Shown one piece after another: positions 27,924-38,235 of a stretch of 64,000 nucleotides of DNA. The notes under the pieces are model-generated. The model was given only the letters and a program-made list of their open reading frames with translations, was not told the origin of the DNA and searched no databases. Source of the DNA: Polyangiaceae bacterium. GTDB lineage: Bacteria > Myxococcota_A > Polyangia > Polyangiales > Polyangiaceae. A program made the position numbers and the translations under genes. Within the stretch, counting starts at the first letter, position 1. Each line of letters opens with the position of its first letter. The DNA lies in assembly GCA_965222375.1 (NCBI GenBank), contig CBDCTZ010000005.1, positions 480,001 to 544,000 on the forward strand. The letters run 5' to 3'.

Positions 27924-28739
27924 ATGAACCCTCGCTGCGCTTTCGGCTCGCCCTGGTGGCTCTGCTTTGCGCTCCTTTGCCTAGCCGCCGAGCCCGCCAC
28001 TGCACAAGCCGAGGCCACCGAGCCGCAACCCCCTGCCCCGCCCGCGCCGCCGGCCGCCCCCCCCGGCACGGCTCCAGGACCCGCGCCAAGCCGTGGCCCG
28101 CTACTGCCCGGGGATGCGACACCCTCAGCACCGATGCCAGAGGCGCCGGAAACCACCGCACCCAAGGCGAACGCGAAGGACAAGGCGAACGCGAAGGACA
28201 GCGCGAGCACGAAGGACAGCGCGAGCACGGACGCCGAAAAGGTGCGAGCGCGTCACGAGGCCGAGAGCGCCTTCGTGCACCTCTACGTCAATTTCCCCCA
28301 CGCTTGGCTGGAGCTCTCGAGCACTGTGGACAAAGGGGGTTTCCGTCGCGTCTGCCCGGCGCCCTGCGACGTTCCGGTTCGGGTAGCTGGGAAGGAGGCG
28401 CGAGTGGTCGCGCCGGGCATGACGCCCTCGAACGCGTTCCGGATCGAACCCGGCCGGGGCACGGCGCAATTCCGCGTCAATGGCGGCTCCGAGAGCACGA
28501 GACAGTGGGGCGTGATCGCGTTTTCTGCCGGCGTGCCGGTCGCCCTGGGCGGCATGGGTCTGTGGGGCTACGGCAAGGCCAAGGACAGCCAGGCCTTGCA
28601 AACCACAGGCATCATAGTGCTTGGCGTGGGAGCCGTCTCAGTGCTGGGCTCGCTGCCCCTGCTGGCCTCGGGCTCTACCCGAGTCCGGGACGCAAGAGGG
28701 CGCAGCATCGCCCGATCCGAATTTGCACCGAGGTTCTGA
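27924..28739 (+). CDS. Exported protein with a Pro-rich linker and two C-terminal TM segments
   Basis: Signal peptide ending AQA; Pro-rich region; CPAPC beta domain; two hydrophobic helices. Confidence 0.75.
   Translation: MNPRCAFGSPWWLCFALLCLAAEPATAQAEATEPQPPAPPAPPAAPPGTAPGPAPSRGPLLPGDATPSAPMPEAPETTAPKANAKDKANAKDSASTKDSASTDAEKVRARHEAESAFVHLYVNFPHAWLELSSTVDKGGFRRVCPAPCDVPVRVAGKEARVVAPGMTPSNAFRIEPGRGTAQFRVNGGSESTRQWGVIAFSAGVPVALGGMGLWGYGKAKDSQALQTTGIIVLGVGAVSVLGSLPLLASGSTRVRDARGRSIARSEFAPRF
28164..28235 (+). repeat. Coding 18-bp tandem repeat (4 units)
   Basis: aaggcgaacgcgaaggac x2 then agcgcgagcacg(aaggac/gacgcc) x2, encoding KANAKD KANAKD SASTKD SASTDA. Confidence 0.85.
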
Positions 28740-28761
28740 GCGGCCCAGCCGCCGAGCTGGC

Positions 28762-29841
28762 TCAGCCCTGGAACTTCTTCATGAACGCGACCAGCGTGTC
28801 TATCCACTCGCGCGGCGCCGCGTTGTACATGGAAACGCGAATCCCACCTACGGAGCGGTGGCCCTTGAGCCCGGTCATGCCCTGCTCTTGCGCCTTGGCG
28901 ATGAAAGCCGCCTCGAGTTCGGGTGTGGGCAGGTTGAACACCACGTTCATGACGCTGCGACTCGCTTTTTCGACGGGACAGCGGAAGAAGTCAGCGCGCT
29001 CGTCGATAGCGGCATACAGAACGGCAGCCTTGTCGCGGTTGTGTTTTTCCATGGCGGCTAGGCCACCGCTGGCCTTCACGTGCGCCAGCACGTTTCGCAG
29101 CAAGTACACACCGAAGGTAGGCGGTGTGTTGTAAAGAGAGTTGGCGTCCGCGTGGGTGCGGTACTGAAAGATCGCGGGGATGTCTTTGCGCCCACCTTCG
29201 ACCAGGGACTTCCTCACGATCACGACAGTCACGCCGCTAGGCCCGAGGTTCTTCTGCGCCCCGGCATAGATCACACCGAATTGCGATACGTCCAGAGGGC
29301 GCCACAAAATGTCACTCGACATGTCAGCCACCAGTGGAACGGATCCGGTGTTTGGGAACTCGTGCCACTGAGTTCCGGCAATTGTGTTGTTGCTCGTTAT
29401 GTGTACGTAAGCCGCATTGGGGTCGAGCTTCAGCTCGCTGGTCGCCGGCACGCGGCAGAACTTCCCGTCTTGTTCTGTGGAGACGGCCAGCTGCGCATGG
29501 CCTACGGATTTGGCCTCCTTGAGAGCCTTCTTGGACCAGGAACCCGTGAGCACGTAGTCCGCCGCCTGCCCCGCGCCGAGCAGATTCATGGGCACCAAAG
29601 CGAACTGAGTACTGGCCCCACCCTGCATGAAAAGAATGTCGTAGGCGTCGGGCACGGCGTACAACTCACGCAGCAGAGCCAGCGCTTCGCCATGCACGGC
29701 CGCGTAGGCTTTGCCGCGGTGGCTGTGCTCGATGATGCTCATCCCGGTGGAGTCGACGTCCAACAGCTCCTTCTGGGCTCGCTCGAGGGCCGGAAGAGGT
29801 AGCGCCGCAGGGCCTGCGTTGAAGTTGATTGCTCGCGCCAT
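28762..29841 (-). CDS. serC: Phosphoserine aminotransferase
   Basis: [58 protein letters not shown]. Confidence 0.97.
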   Translation of the reverse strand: MARAINFNAGPAALPLPALERAQKELLDVDSTGMSIIEHSHRGKAYAAVHGEALALLRELYAVPDAYDILFMQGGASTQFALVPMNLLGAGQAADYVLTGSWSKKALKEAKSVGHAQLAVSTEQDGKFCRVPATSELKLDPNAAYVHITSNNTIAGTQWHEFPNTGSVPLVADMSSDILWRPLDVSQFGVIYAGAQKNLGPSGVTVVIVRKSLVEGGRKDIPAIFQYRTHADANSLYNTPPTFGVYLLRNVLAHVKASGGLAAMEKHNRDKAAVLYAAIDERADFFRCPVEKASRSVMNVVFNLPTPELEAAFIAKAQEQGMTGLKGHRSVGGIRVSMYNAAPREWIDTLVAFMKKFQG

Positions 29842-29910
29842 TTTCTTGGTCTCTCCAAAGTAAGAACTACCGGTCGCGTAGCGAAGGCGATGCGTTGCGT
29901 CAAGCCGGCT

Positions 29911-31185
29911 TTAGTTCAGCGCCCGCGCCGCTATGTCATTGCGCATCTGCATTCCAGGGAAGTGAATCTTCCCCGCAGCTTGGTAGGCGCGCTCGTGAGC
30001 TTGGCTCAAACTCGACCCCGTGGCGGTCACGCCCAGGACTCGGCCGCCATTGGTGACGATCTTATCGCCTTCGGCGCGCGTCCCAGCGTGGATCAGGGTG
30101 GTGCCCGGGGACTCGGCGGCCTGCGCCAAGCCCTCGATGACTACGCCCTTTTCGGCCCCCGCGGGATAGCCCCGGGAGGCAAGGACCACACAGACGGCAT
30201 GGCGCTCGCTGACCTGGACCACATGTGGGTCGAGCCGCCCACGCGCCGCAGACAGGAGCAGCTTAGCTACGTCTCCGTCGAGGAGCGCGGTGAGCACCTG
30301 GGTCTCCGGATCACCGAACCGCACGTTGAACTCCAGCAGCTTGGCTCTTCCGGCGTCGATCATCAGCCCAGCAAACAGCGCGCCACGGAAAGGACGGCCG
30401 TCCGCCGCCATGCCACGAACGGCGGGCTCCAAGATCTCTCGTCGGATCTTCTCCGCCATGGCGTCGGTGACGATGGGCGCGGGCGCGTAGGTGCCCATGC
30501 CCCCGGTATTGGGACCGGCGTCACCATCCAAGAGCCGCTTGTGGTCTTGGGCAACCGGCAGCACCAACATCTTCTCGCCATCGCAGATGGCGTGCACGCT
30601 GGCTTCTTGCCCAGTGAGCCGCTCCTCCAAGACTACCCGCTGGCCCGCAGCACCAAAGGCAGACCCGTCCAACATGCTGAGTGCGGCCTCACGCGCCTGC
30701 TCGTAGCTGTCCGCGACGGTGACGCCCTTGCCCGCGCAAAGCCCGTCCGCCTTCACCACCGGCGCTACGTCGAACTGTCCTAGTGCCTCTTCCAAGGCAT
30801 CAGCGCTCTCCACGATCCTCGCTCGCGCGGTCGGCAATCCATGACGCTTCGCGAAGTCCTTCATGAAAGCCTTGGACCCCTCGAGGGCTGCCGCAGCCTG
30901 GCTGGGGCCGAAGGTGTCAAAACCCGCTTCGCACATTTGATCCGATAGCCCGGCGCACAACGGCGCCTCGGGACCGATCACGACCAAGTCCGGCCGCAAG
31001 GACTTCGCCGCCAAAAGCGGTTCTTGGTCACAGTTGCTCAGGCGCTTCGAGCTACCCACGCCCGAAGCGGCCTGGGTGCCGCCGTTGCCAGGGCAAACCA
31101 CGACCTCCGAAACGGAGTCAGACCGCAGCAGGGAAATCGCGAGGGCATGTTCGCGCCCACCGGCGCCGATCAGGAGCGCTTTCAT
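29911..31185 (-). CDS. purD: Phosphoribosylamine-glycine ligase
   Basis: IGAGGREHAL, GPEAPL, LEGSKAFMK, KADGL.AGKGV, QDHKR, GPNTGGMG, EFNVRFGDPETQ. Confidence 0.97.
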   Translation of the reverse strand: MKALLIGAGGREHALAISLLRSDSVSEVVVCPGNGGTQAASGVGSSKRLSNCDQEPLLAAKSLRPDLVVIGPEAPLCAGLSDQMCEAGFDTFGPSQAAAALEGSKAFMKDFAKRHGLPTARARIVESADALEEALGQFDVAPVVKADGLCAGKGVTVADSYEQAREAALSMLDGSAFGAAGQRVVLEERLTGQEASVHAICDGEKMLVLPVAQDHKRLLDGDAGPNTGGMGTYAPAPIVTDAMAEKIRREILEPAVRGMAADGRPFRGALFAGLMIDAGRAKLLEFNVRFGDPETQVLTALLDGDVAKLLLSAARGRLDPHVVQVSERHAVCVVLASRGYPAGAEKGVVIEGLAQAAESPGTTLIHAGTRAEGDKIVTNGGRVLGVTATGSSLSQAHERAYQAAGKIHFPGMQMRNDIAARALN

Positions 31186-31315
31186 CGCACATCCACCTCC
31201 AAGGTGAGTCTGTGCCCGACGCTACACGCCCCCACGCCAGCGGCGCCAGGTGGAAAATCGTCGAAGCGTCGTTGATGCGAGACGCCAGACGCAGTAATCA
31301 TCCGGGTTCGAGGTT

Positions 31316-31939
31316 TTGGTGAGCGAGCCCCGATCCCTGCGAATCTGCCGCCCGTACCAAACGGAGGATGAGTACCTAGCTGCAGAAGCGTGGTCCATCG
31401 ACACGCGATCAGTCTTGCTCATCGATGAGCCCGAACTGCCACAAGGTGAGGTCGTCCGCTTCGAAATCGTCCTGGACGACGGCAGCAAGCCGATCCGCGC
31501 CGAAGGCGTCGTCTACAAGAAGGTGAAGGCTCGCCGCAAGCGGCCTGGCGGCTTGCGCGTGAAGCTCAAGAGGATGGGCGCGCAAACCAAGGCGTTCATC
31601 GACCGCGCAGTTGCCCACAAGAAGGCGCAGCGTTCGATCCCCCCACCGGCGCCCCCAGGCGAAGAGCCCGCCCCGCTGTCCTTGGAGCCCGTGTCGGAAA
31701 CTACGCCGGGCGAGATCGTCACCGACTCGAACCCGCACAGCTCACCCGGCACGTCCCCCGAAGGCAGCGTTTCGGGCGCCGCAGACAACTCCGCCAGCGC
31801 TGGCGGCGAAACGCGGTCCGAGGTCAAGCGGGTCGACGCCCCGCCCAATCGGGATGAGCTACTCTCGCGGCTCCGGGAAAGGGCCGCACAGCTGCAAAAG
31901 ACCGCAGCGCTCGATGAAGCCGAAGAGGAGAGCGCCTAG
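31316..31939 (+). CDS. PilZ-like-domain hypothetical protein
   Basis: GEVVRFEIVL.DG..PIRAEGVV......PGGLRVK beta-barrel pattern, then a disordered tail; lacks RxxxR. Confidence 0.6.
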   Translation: MVSEPRSLRICRPYQTEDEYLAAEAWSIDTRSVLLIDEPELPQGEVVRFEIVLDDGSKPIRAEGVVYKKVKARRKRPGGLRVKLKRMGAQTKAFIDRAVAHKKAQRSIPPPAPPGEEPAPLSLEPVSETTPGEIVTDSNPHSSPGTSPEGSVSGAADNSASAGGETRSEVKRVDAPPNRDELLSRLRERAAQLQKTAALDEAEEESA

Positions 31940-32922
31940 GGCATTGGCAAGGCGTCGACGACATCGCGCTTGCCGCGAGCATGGGCTCGGCGCACCAGGC
32001 CATCGCACAACTTCTCGAAGCTGATTCCGGTTGCGGCGGCTGCCTCCGGGAACAGGCTGGTACTGGTCATCCCCGGCAACGTATTGACCTCCAGCAGGGT
32101 CACCGTCGAAGTCGGCGGATCCACCACGAAATCCGCCCGGGATAGGTCCCGGCAGCCGAGGGCCAGGTGCGCGCCCAGGGCGAGGCGCTGAATTTCCTCG
32201 CTGAGACCGGGTTCAAACGGGGCGGGACAGTGATGCACGCTACCGTCGGCGGCGTAACGTGATTCGAAATCGTACCAGTCTGCGGCCTTCGCTTCGATCA
32301 GCGTTGGCGGCAGGGCCGACGCCGCGGCGTCACAGCGCTCCAAGACTCCGCAAGTCACCTCCAAGCCCAAAATGAACTCCTCGACCAATGCCGCGGGGTC
32401 CACGGCTAGCGCCGCTTCCAACGCAACAACCAGCGCGTCATCGGTGGCGTCCGACCCTAGACGCGTCGTGGCAATCGCAGAGCCGCCGCTTGCTGGCTTC
32501 ACGACCACGCCTGCGTCGAATTGACGGCGAACGCGAGCAGCGGCGCCGCGCAGATCGTCCCTCGCCCGCACCACCAGCTCTTTCGGCACGGGCAAGCTCG
32601 CAGCGCGAAACATGCGTTTCGCGTAGGGTTTGTCCGCGGCAAGGGCGCTAGCCAGCACTCCAGACCCAACGTAGGGAAGGCCACACACCTCCAGCAGACC
32701 TTGCAGACAACCATCTTCGCCCACTGGGCCGTGAGTCACCGGGAACGCCACATCCACAGGACCCGACCTGAGCAGTCCGACCATCTCCGGGCCGAGCTCC
32801 ACCAGGCGTGGTCGGTGCTCGCATGCCGCGAGGGCTTCAGCTACGGCGCGACCGGACGTACGGCTGACATTGGCCTCTGTACTTGGCCCACCCACCAAGA
32901 CCGCAACGTCGAAACAGGTCAC
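31936..32922 (-). CDS. ddl: D-alanine-D-alanine ligase
   Basis: GGPSTEANVS..SG, HGPVGEDG.LQGLLE, PYVGSGV, KP.SGGS, EVNTLPGMT..SL.P. Confidence 0.95.
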   Translation of the reverse strand: MTCFDVAVLVGGPSTEANVSRTSGRAVAEALAACEHRPRLVELGPEMVGLLRSGPVDVAFPVTHGPVGEDGCLQGLLEVCGLPYVGSGVLASALAADKPYAKRMFRAASLPVPKELVVRARDDLRGAAARVRRQFDAGVVVKPASGGSAIATTRLGSDATDDALVVALEAALAVDPAALVEEFILGLEVTCGVLERCDAAASALPPTLIEAKAADWYDFESRYAADGSVHHCPAPFEPGLSEEIQRLALGAHLALGCRDLSRADFVVDPPTSTVTLLEVNTLPGMTSTSLFPEAAAATGISFEKLCDGLVRRAHARGKRDVVDALPMP

Positions 32923-33377
32923 TCGCTAGCCTCGATCGGCAGATGGGTCAGCTCGATGCCGAGCTTCTCGCTGAACTGGAAGATGCGCTCGTCACGGTAG
33001 AACTCGCCGAAGACGATTCGTCCCAGGCCGGCGTTCGCGATCAACTTGTAGCAACCCCAGCAAGGTGACGCAGTCACGTAGATCGCCCCACCCTCCAGGC
33101 GCACACCATTGCGCGCGGCCTGCACGACGGCATTCGCCTCCGCATGCACGGTTCGAACGCAATGCCCTGCCTCCATCATGTGGTCGTCGTCATCACAGTG
33201 GGAGAGGCCGCGAATGGATCCGTTATAGCCTGTCGCGAGGATCATCTTGTCGCGCACGATCACGGCGCCCACGTGCTTGCGAGAGCACGTGGCTCGAGTG
33301 CTGACCTCCCGTGCGATCGCCATGAAGTACTCGTCCCAGCTGGCTCGTCGTCGCACCACTTGCCTCCCTGCGGTCAT
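32919..33377 (-). CDS. dCMP deaminase (ComEB family)
   Basis: WDEYFM, RATC...VGA, TGYNG, HAEANA, PCWGC. Confidence 0.92.
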   Translation of the reverse strand: MTAGRQVVRRRASWDEYFMAIAREVSTRATCSRKHVGAVIVRDKMILATGYNGSIRGLSHCDDDDHMMEAGHCVRTVHAEANAVVQAARNGVRLEGGAIYVTASPCWGCYKLIANAGLGRIVFGEFYRDERIFQFSEKLGIELTHLPIEASE

Positions 33378-33524
33378 TCGCTCACCAAAGCCACGAGCGT
33401 ATTCGGCGAGACAGCGGCGTGGAAGGTGAAAAGCACGGGATCCGCAGACGAGAATCCAGCCGCAGCGGCGAGAGGTGCGCCTAAGAGACTTGACCGCGCC
33501 GGTGCCTCGTGGCTTGTTCGCGCC

Positions 33525-33968
33525 GTGCTAGTCCGCCGTCTTCCCCAGACTCTGCTCGCGGCCCTGTGCCTGACCACCGCCGTCTTTGCAGCCCGAGGGG
33601 ATGACCGCCCGGAAGCCGAAGCGCTACTCAAAGAGGTCAGCGCGTCGCCACAAAGCGCATCCATCGCGGCCGAGCCCATCCAGCGCGCCAAAGACGCGCT
33701 GCGGCGGAGCACCGAGGCTCGCGGCGGTGGAGACTCGGCCCATTCGGCGCTGCTCGATTCTCTGGGGCTGGAGTGGGCGCAGACGGCACGAGATCTCCAT
33801 CGAGCTGTCCGCGCGGAGCGACAACTAGCAGAAGTGCAGAAACTGGTCGGGGACACGGAGCTGAAACTCACCCGCGCCAAGGCCCTGCTGGACGACACGG
33901 TCGCCCGGCGTGGGCGCGCGCAGCACAAATTGAAGACACTGGAAAAGCCCCACGGGGGAGCGAAGTGA
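33525..33968 (+). CDS. Exported coiled-coil protein
   Basis: GTG start; signal-like LLAALCLTTAVFAA; helical; stop overlaps the next start. Confidence 0.6.
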   Translation: MLVRRLPQTLLAALCLTTAVFAARGDDRPEAEALLKEVSASPQSASIAAEPIQRAKDALRRSTEARGGGDSAHSALLDSLGLEWAQTARDLHRAVRAERQLAEVQKLVGDTELKLTRAKALLDDTVARRGRAQHKLKTLEKPHGGAK

Positions 33969-35053
33969 TGCGGCCAGCGGCATGGGCCATGGTCGGCATT
34001 CTCACGGTCGCCTGTGCGGTGGCCCCTCCTCCTAGGATCTTCTCCCAAGTGGATGCGGCGCGCTCCTCGCCAGCGGTGGAGGAAGCCAAAGGCCTCGCTC
34101 CTCAGGTTCATGCCCGGGCGGAACAGCTGCGAAAGCGTGCGGCGCAGGCGCACGACGACGGCAAGGTCGGCTCAGCGCAGGTGTTGGCGGAACATTCGCT
34201 CGCCGCCTACGAGCACGCCGTAGTGCTCTCGCGGCTCGCAAAAGCCGAATCCCGCCTGGCCAGATCCAAATTGGAACTCAAGCGAGTGCAGGCTGCCCAC
34301 GCCGAGATCGACAAAAAGCAGATGAGGGTGGCTGCCGAGGCGGAGAGCCTGGAACTGCGCGTGCGCGTCGCGGAAGACGCGATTCCGTTGGTGCCAAGTG
34401 CACCAGCCTCGCCGGAGCGCGAGCAGGCTCGCCTCGACGCCGCCAAAGCCCTTTCATCCCAAGCCAGGCTGCTGTGCGCGGCGACCCGGCTCCTAGGCGG
34501 CGCGGCCAAGCTGCCCGAGGCGGAAAAGGGCCTCGCAGCCCTCGAGCGGAAGCTGTCTGGATCGGCAAAGACCGCACCCATTGACGACGCGATTCGTAGC
34601 CGCTCGTTTTGCTTGCGATTGTTGACCGAGGTCCGGCGCGCGAAAAAGCCGGGCGCGAATGCCCGGGCGGCCGATGCGCTATTGAGCGCTCTGTCCAACA
34701 CCAAGCAGTTGTACCCGTTTCGGGATGACCGTGGCGTCGTGGTCACTCTGCGCGGCTTGTTCGCCAAGAACGGCAATCTCAGCAAGATCGGGGCGCAGGT
34801 TTTGGAAACCCTGGGCAGGGTCGCCAAAGCTCACTCCAGTTTTCCAGTCATGGTCGTCATGCACTCTGCAGGCAGGGGCAAGACGAGTACCGAGCACGGC
34901 AAGAAGGTGGCCGCGGCCCTCAAGGCGGCGGGAGCGCCCCGCCTCGAGGTGCTGAGCGCCGGCAGCCGCGCGCCCATTGCGGACCCCAAGCGAGCGGATT
35001 CTCGGGCTCAAAACCGGCGGGTCGAAATCGTCTTCGTCGCACCCCGCTGGTAA
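33968..35053 (+). CDS. Lipoprotein with a coiled coil and a degenerate OmpA-like C-terminal domain
   Basis: Lipobox TVAC; RDDRGVVVTL.GLF; QNRRVEIVF. Confidence 0.8.
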   Translation: MRPAAWAMVGILTVACAVAPPPRIFSQVDAARSSPAVEEAKGLAPQVHARAEQLRKRAAQAHDDGKVGSAQVLAEHSLAAYEHAVVLSRLAKAESRLARSKLELKRVQAAHAEIDKKQMRVAAEAESLELRVRVAEDAIPLVPSAPASPEREQARLDAAKALSSQARLLCAATRLLGGAAKLPEAEKGLAALERKLSGSAKTAPIDDAIRSRSFCLRLLTEVRRAKKPGANARAADALLSALSNTKQLYPFRDDRGVVVTLRGLFAKNGNLSKIGAQVLETLGRVAKAHSSFPVMVVMHSAGRGKTSTEHGKKVAAALKAAGAPRLEVLSAGSRAPIADPKRADSRAQNRRVEIVFVAPRW

Positions 35054-35133
35054 AAGCTCCACGTTTCTCGCACTTTGCCGAGGCGGGGCCAGCAGACCTG
35101 GACGAACGCCGTGGGCAGAACCATCTTAGTTCG

Positions 35134-36291
35134 GTGAGTGAACCGACGCCGCCACCTTCGGGACGAGAGCGCGATCCGCGCACCGGGGAGCGTATCGTCT
35201 GGCGCAGCCGCCCAAAAACCGTACCCGTGTCGCCTACGCTTCGCGTCGCGGCGTACATCCTGATTGCACTCACCTTCACGTCCCTGTGCTTCGCCGTCGT
35301 GATAGCGCGGACGCTGAACGTGCCACCCACGGCCTCAATCATGTTCTCGGCCTGGTGCAGCTCCTTGGCCTTCGTCTGCCTCAAGGGGCCCAAGTTCTGG
35401 TTCGACTCCGTCGAATACATCATCACGGACGATCGGGTCTTGTGGCGGCGCGGTCTGTTCTCGCGAAGCATTGGCCGAAATCATTTGAGCTTCGTGAGGA
35501 TCTTCTGGGATCCGTCGAGACCTGGGTTCGGTGATCTAGAACTCGTGCGAGCGGTACCCACGGGCGCGCTGCGGCGGCGCCTGCGACTGCGGCTTCACGG
35601 CTTGAGCGCTCCAGCTCGAGTCGCAGCCATCGTGCTGGGGCGCGACGATGTCACCCCCGCGACTTCCGAAGCCAAGCCTTTGACGCAGCGCCTGGAAGAG
35701 GGCGAACGAGTCGTTTGGAGCGGGCGGCCTCGCCCAAGCGCGCGCACATATCTGCCCCAAACTCGTGAGGGTTGGATGAAGGCGCTGCTCTTCGTGATGA
35801 TGATCGCCGTGCTGACACGGATGGTGTTCGGCGCCATGCCGGCGCTACGGCGGCTCTCCGAGGCAGGCCTGTCGGTGTGGTCGTTGAGTTTCGTGGCGCT
35901 CTCGGCTGCGCTGCTCACGAGTGCTGCGGTGGTCGCGGCTACGGCGGCCTTTGCGTTCTGGGATGGCGTGCTCCGGCCACGACGCCAGATCGAGGAAACC
36001 CGCTATTTGGTGACCAACCGACGCGTGCTGATTCAGCGGGGCAACGAGGAACTCTACCTGGACCGCACGCGCATCGCCCACATCATCGATACTCCGGCCG
36101 GCAATGGACTCTTCGACGTTTTCTTGGTGCTTGACGGGCCCCAGGCGCGGGCCCTGGCCGCCAGCGGGGCCTTTGGTGAGGGTCAACGTCGCCACTCCCT
36201 CTATCCAGTGCTCGAGCGGGTCGCAGACGCCGAAGGCGTGCGCAAGGTGTTGGGTCAGCCCGATGACCCGGACTTGCCACGGGCGGCGTAG
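35134..36291 (+). CDS. Membrane protein with tandem bacterial PH-like modules
   Basis: Internal duplication: GERIVWRSRP..TM..TM..YIITDDRVL and GERVVWSGRP..TM..TM..YLVTNRRVL. Confidence 0.75.
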   Translation: MSEPTPPPSGRERDPRTGERIVWRSRPKTVPVSPTLRVAAYILIALTFTSLCFAVVIARTLNVPPTASIMFSAWCSSLAFVCLKGPKFWFDSVEYIITDDRVLWRRGLFSRSIGRNHLSFVRIFWDPSRPGFGDLELVRAVPTGALRRRLRLRLHGLSAPARVAAIVLGRDDVTPATSEAKPLTQRLEEGERVVWSGRPRPSARTYLPQTREGWMKALLFVMMIAVLTRMVFGAMPALRRLSEAGLSVWSLSFVALSAALLTSAAVVAATAAFAFWDGVLRPRRQIEETRYLVTNRRVLIQRGNEELYLDRTRIAHIIDTPAGNGLFDVFLVLDGPQARALAASGAFGEGQRRHSLYPVLERVADAEGVRKVLGQPDDPDLPRAA

Positions 36292-36292
36292 T

Positions 36293-37261
36293 TCATTTTC
36301 GCTTGCGCCGGGGGGGAGGCGGCTCCGGGGGCAGTTTCTTGAGCCTCTCCACACACGCGGCCCGGTGCAACTCGGCGCGCTTCACCCAGGGCTGCGAACC
36401 CGGCCGAGCCCGCTCCAGATATGCGTCCCACTCCAGGATCGCTCGGCGCAGCAAGGCCCGCTGCTTTTCGACAGCCTTGGCATTGCGCTCCCCGGCCATC
36501 GCCGACAGGGCCTTGTAATAGTGGATGTCGTACTCCGGGACGAAGAAGACACTCGGCAGGTCCAGGGCCGTACCGTAGAGGGGAACGCGGATTGCCCGCG
36601 CGATCTGCATCGCGGCCAGCGCGGCAGGCAAGTTGCCTCGGCGCTCCAAGGCGATGCCCAGACCATAGTGTGCCAGTGCAACCAACTCTGGGCGACTCGC
36701 TGTACGAATGGCCCGTCGGTAGTCTCGAATCGCGGAATCCAGATCCCCGAGCACCATCGCGGACTCGCCCCGGTTCATGTGGATGTTTGCGCGAAAGTCG
36801 GGTTCCCAAGCGCTCTCCAAGGCTCGGGTGTAGGCGGCGCGCTCCTGGGTGGGCTCGGCCAACCTGGCGGAGGCAATCGCGATGTTGAACCAAGCACGGC
36901 CGGCGAGCGGTGACTCTGGATCGGCCGCAAGCGCTTGGCGGAGTAGCTCCCTACCCTCTCTGTCGCGACGAACCGCAGAGTCCACGAGTAGCTCTCCGAG
37001 CACGATCTTGAGCCTGGGGTCGTGAAGTCCGGCGCCCGACAGTTCCAGCATCGCAAGCCCCGCACGCATGAAGCGCTGCTGCATGCTGGGGTCGAAGGAG
37101 CTGCCCTCAGCCCGCAGCATCATACGCTCGACGGCCACCAGAGCTTGGTGGGCTTGCAGAAGTTTGGGGTCTCGAGCGGAATCCCAGATCGTGGGCGATG
37201 CGGCGGCTACCGACGCCCACAGCGCCACGGCAACTGCAACGACAGGCGCCCCGAGCTTCAT
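36293..37261 (-). CDS. Exported TPR protein
   Basis: Signal peptide; TPR-like repeats (MNRGESAMVLGDLDSAIRDYRRA, HYGLGIALERRG). Confidence 0.8.
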   Translation of the reverse strand: MKLGAPVVAVAVALWASVAAASPTIWDSARDPKLLQAHQALVAVERMMLRAEGSSFDPSMQQRFMRAGLAMLELSGAGLHDPRLKIVLGELLVDSAVRRDREGRELLRQALAADPESPLAGRAWFNIAIASARLAEPTQERAAYTRALESAWEPDFRANIHMNRGESAMVLGDLDSAIRDYRRAIRTASRPELVALAHYGLGIALERRGNLPAALAAMQIARAIRVPLYGTALDLPSVFFVPEYDIHYYKALSAMAGERNAKAVEKQRALLRRAILEWDAYLERARPGSQPWVKRAELHRAACVERLKKLPPEPPPPRRKRK

Positions 37262-38178
37262 CGGAACCGCTTACCTGTAGCCAGTTTCGCCAGCCTGGAC
37301 TGGGCGTGCTTGCGGTATCGCCCCTTGCCTGCCGGGCTCTTCAGGAACTTCCGCCAGGCCTCTCTTGCTCCCTGGCGGTCTTCGAGTTCCTCAAGCAAAG
37401 CAACACAAGCCCACAGCTGTCCCGGAGCCAGAGTCGGCGCGAAGCGAGGTTGCTTGCCGGCTTTGGCACTCGCCAGGCTGTGCAAGCTCGCCGCGCCTCC
37501 GACCTCCTGAGCAACGCCACGAGCTTCCTCGCTGCTGCCATGGCGATCCAAGGCTAGGGCCAGGGCCGCGGAGACGACGTTGGACAGACCGGGGACGTTT
37601 TCTCTCCGCCGCGCCTCGGTCAGCACGCCAATGGCCTGGGCGAGCTGACCGGCATCCATTGCCATGAATCCTGCCTCAATCGCCGCGCGCTGCCGCTGCC
37701 AGGGCCGCTCCAATAGAGCGATCCGAGGCACCAAGGCGCGATAGGCGTCTATCGCGTCCTTTGACTTGCCCGCGCGCTGGGCGCTCTGCCCAAACGCGAG
37801 CAACGCGGCGGGCTCTTCCAGACTTCTCCTGTCGCGGGAAAGGGCGGTGGCAAACCGCGAATGTGCCTGTTGATACTTGCCCAAAGCGCTCAACGCGCGG
37901 CCCGACAAGACCATGGGCGCCACCTGGCCAGGCAGCGCGCGATTCGCTTCTTTCGCGGCAATCAGCGCCCGCGAGGGCGAGCGGCGGAGCTCCGCGTACC
38001 CCCGCGCGAGAGCCCGACAATGGGCGACCATCGCCGGTTGTCGCGCGGCCTCCCAAACAGAAAGACCAGCTGCGGAAACCGAACGACAACCCGCCGGGCG
38101 CGGGCTCTGAGCGGCCGCCGCAGTCAAATCCGGCAGCGACAACCCGGACGCGAGGACGAAGACCAGGGCACCAGGCAC
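37258..38178 (-). CDS. Exported TPR protein
   Basis: TPR-like GRALSALGKYQQA, GKSKDAIDAYR; ATGA coupling to the next gene. Confidence 0.75.
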   Translation of the reverse strand: MPGALVFVLASGLSLPDLTAAAAQSPRPAGCRSVSAAGLSVWEAARQPAMVAHCRALARGYAELRRSPSRALIAAKEANRALPGQVAPMVLSGRALSALGKYQQAHSRFATALSRDRRSLEEPAALLAFGQSAQRAGKSKDAIDAYRALVPRIALLERPWQRQRAAIEAGFMAMDAGQLAQAIGVLTEARRRENVPGLSNVVSAALALALDRHGSSEEARGVAQEVGGAASLHSLASAKAGKQPRFAPTLAPGQLWACVALLEELEDRQGAREAWRKFLKSPAGKGRYRKHAQSRLAKLATGKRFR

Positions 38179-38235
38179 GTCCGGAGCTTAGCGCGAGGCC
38201 CTGTCGGCTGCATGGGTGTTTTGAGGGGCCGCGGC

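Noticed and set aside
28164..28235. CRISPR-like repeats (also 47935-48006)
   Set aside because: Contiguous in-frame 18-bp coding repeats with no spacers and no cas genes.
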